Shown: positions 16,275 through 23,990 of the stretch, piece by piece
Layout of the letters: each line of letters starts with the position of its first letter
How positions within the stretch are numbered: position 1 is the stretch's first letter
Assembly (NCBI GenBank): GCA_035462935.1
Contig: DATHTS010000296.1
Coordinates: forward strand, 1 to 30,652
Source: Pyrinomonadaceae bacterium
Lineage (GTDB): Bacteria > Acidobacteriota > Blastocatellia > Pyrinomonadales > Pyrinomonadaceae
DNA: 30,652 nucleotides
Direction of reading: 5' to 3'
Translations under genes and position numbers: made by a program
The notes under the pieces: generated by a model
Databases searched by the model: none
What the model was told of the DNA's origin: nothing
Seen by the model: the letters and a program-made list of their open reading frames with translations, nothing else

Positions 16275-16466
16275 TTATCCGTTTTCATCTGCGGTTTCAT
16301 TTTCTCTTTGCCGCATCCTCTCTTTCACCTGAAACCGGTAACTTATAAAAAAACAAACCGAGCCGACCACCGCCGAAACAAACGCGCCGTCCGCATTTCC
16401 TCTCCACAAAAAAAATGCGGCGACTCCGATCAGAAGCGCCGAGAGGATTTTAAAGGTCAATTCCAT
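16275..16466 (-). CDS. Small two-helix membrane protein (63 aa)
   Basis: Two hydrophobic segments followed by a charged tail. Co-oriented with its neighbours. Confidence 0.6.
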   Translation of the reverse strand: MELTFKILSALLIGVAAFFLWRGNADGAFVSAVVGSVCFFISYRFQVKERMRQRENETADENG

Positions 16467-16544
16467 ACCTCTAAAGTTTAATTATTCGAGAGCTTAATGT
16501 AAATAGCCGCTCTCTAAACTCGGGATTTATTCATTCTCAGGCAA

Positions 16545-16672
16545 GCGGGGGCAAGCCGCCCTTCCCAACCTGAAATTTGTTTTGCCTTGAATGTTTAATT
16601 GCGGGCGGATAAGCCGAAAAAAGACAAGTTGGATAAATTGGCAGGTCAGGAAGGGCGGCTCTCTGCCCCCGC
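16545..16672. repeat. Second inverted REP-like pair
   Basis: GCGGGGGCAAGCCGCCCTTCCCAACCTG (16545-16572) versus the reverse complement of 16642-16672, GCGGGGGCAGAGAGCCGCCCTTCCTGACCTG: 2 mismatches plus a 3-nt indel. Confidence 0.7.
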
Positions 16673-16698
16673 TGATTTTGAAAATGAATAAACTCCGG

Positions 16699-17148
16699 CT
16701 AAACTTCACGTTTCCATTCCTCGACTACAAACTCGCCTTTTTCGTCAATCCAAACATAGAAAAGCTCATCGAAACCTTCGGCATAACTCGGCAGTTCAAG
16801 TTTCCCGAAAGTCGCTTTTACGCCTTTTTCAACAATTCTCGCTTTGCCTTCGCGCTGCGCGTTTCGCCTCAGAGCGTCCTTTAAATTTGCCCGGAAATAA
16901 TAGCCGATGACGCGGAAGTGATAAAACTTGGCGGGTAAAATATATCTCTGACGGTCTTCTGCGGTGGGATTTGTATTATCAACAACAAATTTTTGTTTTG
17001 CTTCAAAGCAGGCGGAAACCAGCAATCTTTCACGATGCCGCGTGCGGAGCATATCAAGATTGATGCGGATGTGCGTTTCGTAAAACTTCCGTTTGTAGAA
17101 GGTTGATTTTCCGCTGCCCTGAACGCCGATGAAAATTACGGCTTCCAT
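16699..17148 (-). CDS. P-loop kinase (AAA_33 / polynucleotide-kinase-like)
   Basis: FIGVQGSGKST Walker A, VVDNTN, RNAQR lid-like motif, EGFDE end. Confidence 0.8.
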   Translation of the reverse strand: MEAVIFIGVQGSGKSTFYKRKFYETHIRINLDMLRTRHRERLLVSACFEAKQKFVVDNTNPTAEDRQRYILPAKFYHFRVIGYYFRANLKDALRRNAQREGKARIVEKGVKATFGKLELPSYAEGFDELFYVWIDEKGEFVVEEWKREV

Positions 17149-17151
17149 TTT

Positions 17152-18087
17152 TTATGTTTCTCTGATTTCCTCCCGCGCGATGTCTTCCGCTAATTTCTGC
17201 TTGCGGTTTCTCTTTAAAAAATAACGAACCAGCAGATAAATCGGCAGAACGATAAACAGCAAAAAGGGCAAAAGCCCGATGAAAAGCGTGACTAAAACGA
17301 GAAGAAAATTGAGCGCGAAGTTAAAACCGGTGCTGACTGCTTCTTTAAGCTGGTAGAAAAAGCCCGAAGAACTGGTCGAAAAAGCCTGCGGAGTTTGAAT
17401 GCGGATTTTAATGGTCGAAAGGCTCGTCTGATTCTCCAGAAAACGCAGGCGACCTTCGATCTGCTCGATTTCCGTGCGGACGTTTCCCAATTCTCTCTGC
17501 ACATTCAAAGCGTCCTGCACCGAATTTGAACGCTTCATAATCTCCAGAAACTGTTCTTCAAGCGCCTTTTTTGCCCGCAAACGCGCCTGAACGTCAACAA
17601 ATTCTTCCGTTACATCTTTTCCCTCGATTGTTTCGACAATTACGCGGCTTGCCGTCGGGCGAATTTCGTTCAAAGTTTCATTGAATTTTTCAGCAGGAAC
17701 GCGCACGGACATTGAAACCGTATCCCGTGTTGTAACTTGGGAATTACTGCTGTTTTGTGTGGATTGGATAACAAAACCGCCTTTGCTTTCAACAATCGCA
17801 GCGATTTTCTGCTGCGTTTCTTCGGGCGTATTGGATTCGAGTTGTAAATCGGCGTTGCGGATGATTTTTCGCTCGGTTACGGTCGGCGGAGTTTGATTAT
17901 TAGCGGATTGCTCGAGCGAGACCTGTTGAGGCGGGGCGCTCGGATTATTTGCGACCTTTTCGCGGCTTTGAGTAACCGAATCGCTCTGTTCTATTGAACT
18001 TGGCGTATTTGTCGCTTGCTCACTTGCCGCAGAACAGGCGGTTAATGAAACAAATAGAAGAAACACAGTAAACTTGGCTTTTTTCAT
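17152..18087 (-). CDS. DUF4349-family lipoprotein
   Basis: Lipobox SLTAC, ERKIIRNADL, VRVPAEKF, DVTEEFVDVQARL, coiled coil, C-terminal TM. Confidence 0.88.
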   Translation of the reverse strand: MKKAKFTVFLLFVSLTACSAASEQATNTPSSIEQSDSVTQSREKVANNPSAPPQQVSLEQSANNQTPPTVTERKIIRNADLQLESNTPEETQQKIAAIVESKGGFVIQSTQNSSNSQVTTRDTVSMSVRVPAEKFNETLNEIRPTASRVIVETIEGKDVTEEFVDVQARLRAKKALEEQFLEIMKRSNSVQDALNVQRELGNVRTEIEQIEGRLRFLENQTSLSTIKIRIQTPQAFSTSSSGFFYQLKEAVSTGFNFALNFLLVLVTLFIGLLPFLLFIVLPIYLLVRYFLKRNRKQKLAEDIAREEIRET

Positions 18088-18132
18088 ATTCTCTCCTAAA
18101 TCAAAAAATTTACGACCATAGAACGTAATTCA

Positions 18133-18759
18133 TTAACCCGCCTTGCGTGCAACTTCCTTGAAACTCTCGCCGCGAAAAAGCGCGCGAATGCCTTTGAATA
18201 AACGACTGATGGCGCGAAAAACCTTCGGCGCGAACCAGACGAAGAAAATTAGAAATATGATTAAAACAATTGCTATCAAAATTGGCGCGACGACGGCAAG
18301 AATTGCGCCGATAATCGCCAATACATCTTCTGCAAGAGACAAAGCCCAATTTGAAACCGGTTCGGGCGAAAGATTCGCTCCGGCGCGAAGCGCGGCTTTC
18401 GTCCCGTGCGAAGATAAAGCCAAACCGCCGCCGAGCAAAGCCGCGATAACGCCGACGCTCGCATCCATCTCGTTCGTCGCCGAATACGCGACAATCGCGC
18501 CCGCCGGAACGCGGATAAACGTATGAATCACATCCCAAACGCTGTCCACATACGGAATTTTATCGGCGAAAAATTCGATTAAATAAAGAAATCCGGCAAC
18601 GCCGATTATCCACCAGTTATCGAGAACGTCTAAACCACCCGGCAGTTTCGTCGCGCCGAATTTCTGCAAAAGTCCCAGAACCGTCACGGTCGCATAAAGA
18701 TTGATGCCGGAAGTCCAAGCCGTTCCCAGCGCCAAACTCAACGTCGAAAACCATTCCAT
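18133..18759 (-). CDS. DUF4126-family membrane protein
   Basis: AWTSGINLYAT, IEFFADKIPYVDSVWDVIHTFIRVPAGA, SPEPVSNWALSLAED. Confidence 0.88.
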   Translation of the reverse strand: MEWFSTLSLALGTAWTSGINLYATVTVLGLLQKFGATKLPGGLDVLDNWWIIGVAGFLYLIEFFADKIPYVDSVWDVIHTFIRVPAGAIVAYSATNEMDASVGVIAALLGGGLALSSHGTKAALRAGANLSPEPVSNWALSLAEDVLAIIGAILAVVAPILIAIVLIIFLIFFVWFAPKVFRAISRLFKGIRALFRGESFKEVARKAG

Positions 18760-18778
18760 CGCAAATTCTCCTTTTATT

Positions 18779-18846
18779 TAACATTTATCATTAAACATTA
18801 AACAAAAAACGAGTGATAAATGATGAATGTTCAATGATAAATGTTA
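18779..18846. repeat. Palindromic element with heptamer-periodic arms
   Basis: TAACATTTATCATTAAACATT (18779-18799) versus AATGTTCAATGATAAATGTTA (18826-18846), 1 mismatch. Units TGATAAA/TGATGAA/TGTTCAA/TGATAAA. Confidence 0.7.
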
Positions 18847-20187
18847 CTCTTCCTCTTCCTCATTTCCGTCGCGCTTAATACCGAATTTTTCCAGCCGATA
18901 CTGCAAAGTTCGGAACGTTAAACCCAATAATCTAGCCGATTTCGTAATGTTGTAATCCGTCCGTTCCATCGCCTGCATAATCAAGCTGCGCTCGACATCT
19001 TCAAAATTCACGCCTTCCGCCGGGAGTTTGAAAATATCGCCGGAAGCGGCGGTGGAAGTTTGATTGAGCATTTCGGGCGGTAAATCTTCCGGTGTGATTT
19101 TATTGTCTTCGCACAATAAGCTGGCTCGCTCGATTGCCGATTCCAATTGGCGGACGTTGCCCGGATAATTGTAGTTTTCCAAAATGCGTTTGGCTTCCGC
19201 GCTCAGTTCGATCTGACGGTCGGTGCCGCGCGTGTGTTTTTTTATAAAGTAATCAATTAGAAGTTGGGTGTCCGAGCTTCGTTCGCGCAGCGGCGGGATT
19301 TCGATGGAAAGAACGTTCAGGCGATAATATAAATCCTCGCGGAAACGCTTTTCTTCAACCATTTTCAGCAAATCACGGTTGGTTGCCGTCACGACGCGCA
19401 CATCAATATCAATTTCCTTCGTTCCGCCGACGCGCCGGATTTGTCTTTCCTGCAAAGCGCGAAGCAATTTTGCCTGTAAGGAAACATCGAGTTCACCGAT
19501 TTCATCCAAAAACAAAGTTCCGTTATCGGCAACTTCAAACAAGCCTTTCTTTTCAGCAACCGCGCCGGTAAACGAGCCTTTCTCGTGTCCGAATAGCTCG
19601 CTTTCGAGAAGATTTTCGTTAATCGCGGCGCAGTTTACGGCTTGGAAAATCTGGTTTGAACGCGGGCTGTTTTGGTGAATCGCGCGGGCAATCAATTCCT
19701 TTCCCGTTCCCGATTCGCCGCGAATCAAAACCGTCGAATTCGATTTGGCGACTTTCAAAATCAGCTTTTTCACCTTGTCCATTTCCGGTGAAGCGGAGAC
19801 GATTTCCGCGTCGAGCGTGGAAAGCTTATTTAGGGCGCGGGAAATTGTTTCAAGCAGCTTTTCGCGGTCGTAAGGCTTCTGCAAATAATCGAACGCACCG
19901 AGCCGGAGCGCGTCAACCGCCGAATCTACCGAACCGTGCGCCGTTAAAAGGATGACGATGATTGATTTGTCAAAATTCGTCAGTTCCTTCAACAAATCCA
20001 GCCCGCTCATCCCGGTCATTTTCAAATCGGTCAAGACCAGATCGAAACGCCTGTCAGCGACAAATTTCAATGCCGCTTCACCGGAACTCGCGGTCGTCAC
20101 GTCGTAGCCTTCGCCCGACAAAATCATCTCCAAAATCTCGCGCTGAGATTTCTCGTCATCTACAACTAAAATGCTTTTTCTTGCCAT
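18844..20187 (-). CDS. sigma54-dependent response regulator (NtrC family: REC-AAA+-HTH_8)
   Basis: LVVDDE, LTDLKM (phospho-Asp), GESGTGKE, ESELFGHEKGSFTGA, LFLDEIGEL, FREDLYYRLNV, YPGNVRQL, C-terminal HTH. Likely start is ATG 20187. Confidence 0.95.
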   Translation of the reverse strand: MARKSILVVDDEKSQREILEMILSGEGYDVTTASSGEAALKFVADRRFDLVLTDLKMTGMSGLDLLKELTNFDKSIIVILLTAHGSVDSAVDALRLGAFDYLQKPYDREKLLETISRALNKLSTLDAEIVSASPEMDKVKKLILKVAKSNSTVLIRGESGTGKELIARAIHQNSPRSNQIFQAVNCAAINENLLESELFGHEKGSFTGAVAEKKGLFEVADNGTLFLDEIGELDVSLQAKLLRALQERQIRRVGGTKEIDIDVRVVTATNRDLLKMVEEKRFREDLYYRLNVLSIEIPPLRERSSDTQLLIDYFIKKHTRGTDRQIELSAEAKRILENYNYPGNVRQLESAIERASLLCEDNKITPEDLPPEMLNQTSTAASGDIFKLPAEGVNFEDVERSLIMQAMERTDYNITKSARLLGLTFRTLQYRLEKFGIKRDGNEEEEE

Positions 20188-20357
20188 AAAATTTCTCTTG
20201 TATTTTAAATTCAATCGTAGTATAAACAAATTTGTAAATAAAGCCTGTCAAATCCACTGAAACTCCCGAAGAAGCTTTCTTCCCTAGCTTCAGGCTTTTC
20301 ACTCGCCTTTATTTACCTGGGAAAATTAAACATCAAATTTTTTTGGAGGTAAGATAA

Positions 20358-21363
20358 ATGAACAAAAAAAAACAACTTAGCGTTATTTGCGCTGCTCGCC
20401 ACAGGGCTTTTCAGCCTATTTACAATTAGCATTTCAGCGCAAAATAAAGTTTCAATTACAACTGAAAAATCAACCAGAACTAACTTGGGCGAAAAATTTG
20501 TAATGCCCTCAAGTATTATGGTTGGTAATGCTGTCTTTGATAACTATTTGAAAGTTGCTTCATTATCAAGAAACAAAAGGGCATCTGTTTTCAGCAAATT
20601 TTCAAATGAGGAGAAAGCAACTTTTATTAAAGTTAATTTGGCTTTGCAATTAGTCAAGCGACCAAATATAACAAAAGAGCAACAAGAATTTGTTTTAGAC
20701 GCAATCTCAAAAGTTTCTGCCGATATTTATGAGAACTCTGATGCCGAAAAAGCAAGAATGAATGAACAAAATGGTCGTGAGATTGAAAACAGAGCACTAG
20801 GACTCTTTGCTTATAAAGAATTGGGTGATTTTATTGAACCTTTGATGTCAAATAAAGATCAGGAAGCGGCGCTTGTGCAAAAATATCAAGATTTGCTTAA
20901 GAACGGAGATTCGACCAGGAGAAAAATCGCCAAAGAAATGCCCGTTAACGACAGAGTAAATATTTGGAAAGTTCAACTGGCGTATCATCTGGCAACAGGT
21001 AAGTTTTCAAAAGTTCAAAAGGCATTTATTTCAGAGTGGCTGATATCGCTCTCACCTGAAACCTTTGAATCACGCGCGAATCTTACCGCAGAAGAGGAAG
21101 CCAAAGCCCTCAAATCTTTAGAATCTAAAATATTTAGTGTCTTCACTAGAGAAGAAGGATTTGCAATTTTCATGACAATAGGTATCCAGGAAAGTATACC
21201 TGATGATCCTATTGATCCTATTGAAGGTGGTTCTTGTAATTGTCGGTGGTATTGTTGCGCATCGGGAAATTGTGCGGGCGGTTGTACCCACAAACCGAAT
21301 AGGTGCGGACCTTTTGACGATTGGGAATGTACCGGCAGGTGTGAACATCCCTCAGATCATTAG
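20358..21363 (+). CDS. Exported fulvocin C-related bacteriocin-like precursor; frameshifted in an A9 run (20364-20372)
   Basis: GGAGGT RBS then ATG 20358. Removing one A joins it to the frame of ORF 20485..21363, giving signal peptide MNKKNNLALFALLATGLFSLFTISISA-Q. Two helical repeats follow, then a C-terminal 9-Cys segment. The family assignment is from recalled motif similarity. Confidence 0.7.
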
Positions 21364-21378
21364 GAAGACTCGAAATTT

Positions 21379-21410
21379 ATGAAAGGGTGGGAAGCCCTTT
21401 CATTTTATTT
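21379..21410 (+). terminator. Intrinsic terminator-like hairpin between the precursor and TlpA genes
   Basis: ATGAAAGGG-TGGGAAG-CCCTTTCAT 9-bp stem followed by TTTATTT. Confidence 0.6.
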
Positions 21411-22271
21411 ATGAAATTCAAATCAATTTTAATTGCCTACTTTGCATTGCATATTCTGTTATTTATTAACGGAAAACTCGCGCCAAATATAAAATGGAAT
21501 TTTGTCGGCAGTTTTCTTGTCTGTTGCTTCTTTACAATTTTTTGTATTAAGAAATTTAATGACGGAAAGCCGACTTTCAGGGTTTTGTTCACCTTAATTC
21601 TGCTGAGATTATTGCTTTTAGGCGGATTGGATTTATATGTTCGTTTAGCGGAAGATTTATATGGTTCTCCTATTTTAATAATTGCTTTGCTCGGCATTAT
21701 TTCCGGCTTTTTTTATCTTAGGCTAAATAGTCCTTTTAATTTAGCCCCCTTTGTGTTCAGTTCTATATTTGTGGCTTTTATGTTTTTTCAAGGCTGGGAT
21801 TATTATCAGCATAAATTACATTACCAAAGTTTTACGGGTAGAGTAGAGGCATTTAAATTGCAACAAAGGATTGAAGGAATTGATGAAAAAGGCAATCGAA
21901 TTGATAATCAATACTTTGAAAACAAAATTTCATTACTCGATTTTTGGAATACAAAGTGTGGGATTTGTTTTGAAAAATTCCCTCAGTTACAAACCTTCTA
22001 CGATAAATATAAAGATGATAACTCGATTATTATTTATGCTATAAATAAGCCAATTGAGGAAGATACACCAAAGACTGCTTTTCAAATAATCAAAGAAAAA
22101 GGCTACACCTTTCCCGTTTTGCTGCCGATTGATCAGGAACTGCCCGAAAAATTCGGTGTCGAAGGTTACCCTACAACTTTCGTTATCAATCAAAATAGTC
22201 AAATTGTTTTTAAAGGCGATATTTCAGGCGCAGTTAAAATGGTTGAGGAATTAAAATTAAACTCTCGGTAA
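21411..22271 (+). CDS. Membrane-anchored TlpA/ResA-family thiol-disulfide oxidoreductase
   Basis: About 5 N-terminal hydrophobic segments, LLDFWNTKCGIC (CxxC at 21957-21968), GYPTTF cis-Pro loop. The 3' end overlaps the convergent kinase by 15 nt. Confidence 0.88.
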   Translation: MKFKSILIAYFALHILLFINGKLAPNIKWNFVGSFLVCCFFTIFCIKKFNDGKPTFRVLFTLILLRLLLLGGLDLYVRLAEDLYGSPILIIALLGIISGFFYLRLNSPFNLAPFVFSSIFVAFMFFQGWDYYQHKLHYQSFTGRVEAFKLQQRIEGIDEKGNRIDNQYFENKISLLDFWNTKCGICFEKFPQLQTFYDKYKDDNSIIIYAINKPIEEDTPKTAFQIIKEKGYTFPVLLPIDQELPEKFGVEGYPTTFVINQNSQIVFKGDISGAVKMVEELKLNSR

Positions 22272-23810
22272 CCTTACAGAAAATTTCGTTCCTTCATTCA
22301 ACTTTGATTCAACCTCAATCGTGCCGTTATGATCTTCAATAATTTTCCTGACAATTGCCAAACCCAAACCTGTTCCAGTTTCTTTTGTGGAAAAATACGG
22401 CTCGAAGATTTTCGACAAATTTTCTTCAGAAATCCCCGCGCCGGTATCTGCGACTTCAATTTTAACAACATTTTCATCCGGCGAAACGGTTACGCTCAAA
22501 TTCCCGCCCGTGTTTTCCATCGCCTGCACAGCGTTAATAAAAAGATTGCTGAAAACCGAACGCAAAACTTCCGGGTCGCCCAAAATATTCGGAACATTTT
22601 CGCGCTCGACGAGGCTGATTTTTACGTTCTGCTCTTCGGCTTGCGGTTCGATAATTCGTAAAGAGCTTTCGACAACTCTTCGCGCTTCAATCGGCTGCAT
22701 ATCCAATTTTAAGGGGCGCGAATAGCGCAGGAAATCGGAAACCTGGCGGTTGATTCGTTCGACTTCTTTTTTAAGCTGTTCGGTCAGTTTTTCAAACGTC
22801 GCTTGTTTTTCCGGTTCTTCCGGCGTGAATTTCGAGCGCAGATGGTCGAGCGTGAGATTAATGTAATTTAAAGGATTGCGGATTTCGTGGGCGATTGCGG
22901 ACGCGAGCCGACCGACGACCGCCGATTTTTCGGCTTCCTGCAGCTGCGCTTCGAGTCGGCGCGACTTTTCCAGTCCGGCGGTCATTTCGTTAAACTGCGA
23001 AGTCAACCTGCCCATTTCGTCGGTTCGCCCGGATTCGGGAACGCGCACGCGCAAATCGCCTTCCGCCACGCGCCGCGCCGCTGTTGAAAGATTGGCAATC
23101 GGGCGCGTGAAACGCCAGACGAGATAAAAAGTTATCAGCGTTGAAGCCAGCAAAATGGCAAGCGTGTAGATCAAAGGCTGCGCGGCGCGAAAAGCCGTCG
23201 CGCCTTTTTCCGATCTCAAAACAACCATTACATACCAGCGTCCTTCACTGGTCTGAATTGGAATGACGTGCGACTCGCCTTCGATTTCAATTGCTTCGGC
23301 GGAATTAATCTCTTGTCCTTGATTGGTTTCGGGCGGAACTATTTGCGGTTTGACGCTGCTGCTTCCCGGAAGATTCACGTTCGGAAAATGCTTCAGGTCT
23401 TCGCCAAGCCGGGTGCCTTCGGTCGGAGGCGGCAAATTTTTCAAGTCCTTCAAATTCAAATAAACCGGCTTGCCGTCTTCGCCGGTGGTCGGAAGATAAT
23501 CGGGATTGAGACTGTCCCAAATCTGCCATTCATCGTTAATAACTATAATGTCCTTGATGCGTACATTGAAATTTTCGTCAAAATACGTCTGTCCTTCGCG
23601 GTTGATGATATCCTTCATATATTCCTGCGAAGTCAAACCGCTGATGGCGAGCGCGATTCCCGACAAAATAGCTTGCTCCTGCATTTCGCGCAGATCGTTG
23701 TTTTCTTCCTGCGTTTTGTAGTTCAAATAAAACTGGATGCCGAGCGTGATAATTAAGAGAAACGCCAGAATTACCAGCAGCTTGCCGCGAAATGTGTTGA
23801 AGAAATTCAT
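22257..23810 (-). CDS. Membrane sensor histidine kinase (periplasmic sensor-HAMP-HisKA-HATPase)
   Basis: Two TMs, HAMP (RTDEMGRLTSQFNEM), H-box AIAHEIRNPL, N-box NLFINAVQAM, DTGAG, FEPYFSTKETGTGLGL. Likely start is ATG 23810. Confidence 0.95.
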   Translation of the reverse strand: MNFFNTFRGKLLVILAFLLIITLGIQFYLNYKTQEENNDLREMQEQAILSGIALAISGLTSQEYMKDIINREGQTYFDENFNVRIKDIIVINDEWQIWDSLNPDYLPTTGEDGKPVYLNLKDLKNLPPPTEGTRLGEDLKHFPNVNLPGSSSVKPQIVPPETNQGQEINSAEAIEIEGESHVIPIQTSEGRWYVMVVLRSEKGATAFRAAQPLIYTLAILLASTLITFYLVWRFTRPIANLSTAARRVAEGDLRVRVPESGRTDEMGRLTSQFNEMTAGLEKSRRLEAQLQEAEKSAVVGRLASAIAHEIRNPLNYINLTLDHLRSKFTPEEPEKQATFEKLTEQLKKEVERINRQVSDFLRYSRPLKLDMQPIEARRVVESSLRIIEPQAEEQNVKISLVERENVPNILGDPEVLRSVFSNLFINAVQAMENTGGNLSVTVSPDENVVKIEVADTGAGISEENLSKIFEPYFSTKETGTGLGLAIVRKIIEDHNGTIEVESKLNEGTKFSVRLPRV

Positions 23811-23990
23811 AAATACGGTCTTTTGATAAAATTTTTTCAAAAAAACTTGATTTACAGCCGTTTTGAATGTTATAGTCTTTTTCAGCTTAGAAGCAAATTT
23901 TGAAAGATTCGGTTTTCCCCAAATAATCGGGTTTTTTTGCTCTTCCCGAAAGCATTCCAGAAAATTCAATTTTAATGAGGTAAAAAAGCG

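Noticed and set aside
12226-16672. Repeated palindromes as a possible CRISPR array
   Set aside because: Copies come only in inverted pairs, with no direct-repeat/spacer periodicity and no cas genes.
10258-17148. Run of AraC, GNAT, phosphotransferase-like, GT1 and kinase genes as an antibiotic-inactivation island
   Set aside because: The genes are separated by repeat elements and unrelated ORFs, with no shared operator or mobility gene. The dikinase domain order differs from rifampin phosphotransferase. Co-location alone is insufficient.
18844-20187. GSFTGA instead of GAFTGA in the sigma54 activator
   Set aside because: It is a conservative natural variant, and all other AAA+ motifs are intact.
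20230-20357. sigma54 (-24/-12) promoter upstream of the cassette
   Set aside because: I found no TGGCAC-N5-TTGC-like match by eye.
23811-23969. 53-aa N-terminal extension of the kinase in the ORF track (similar extensions at 11580, 12267, 14366, 20229, 21387, 27306)
   Set aside because: These are in-frame intergenic sequence. The downstream ATGs give proper signal/TM starts or domain boundaries.
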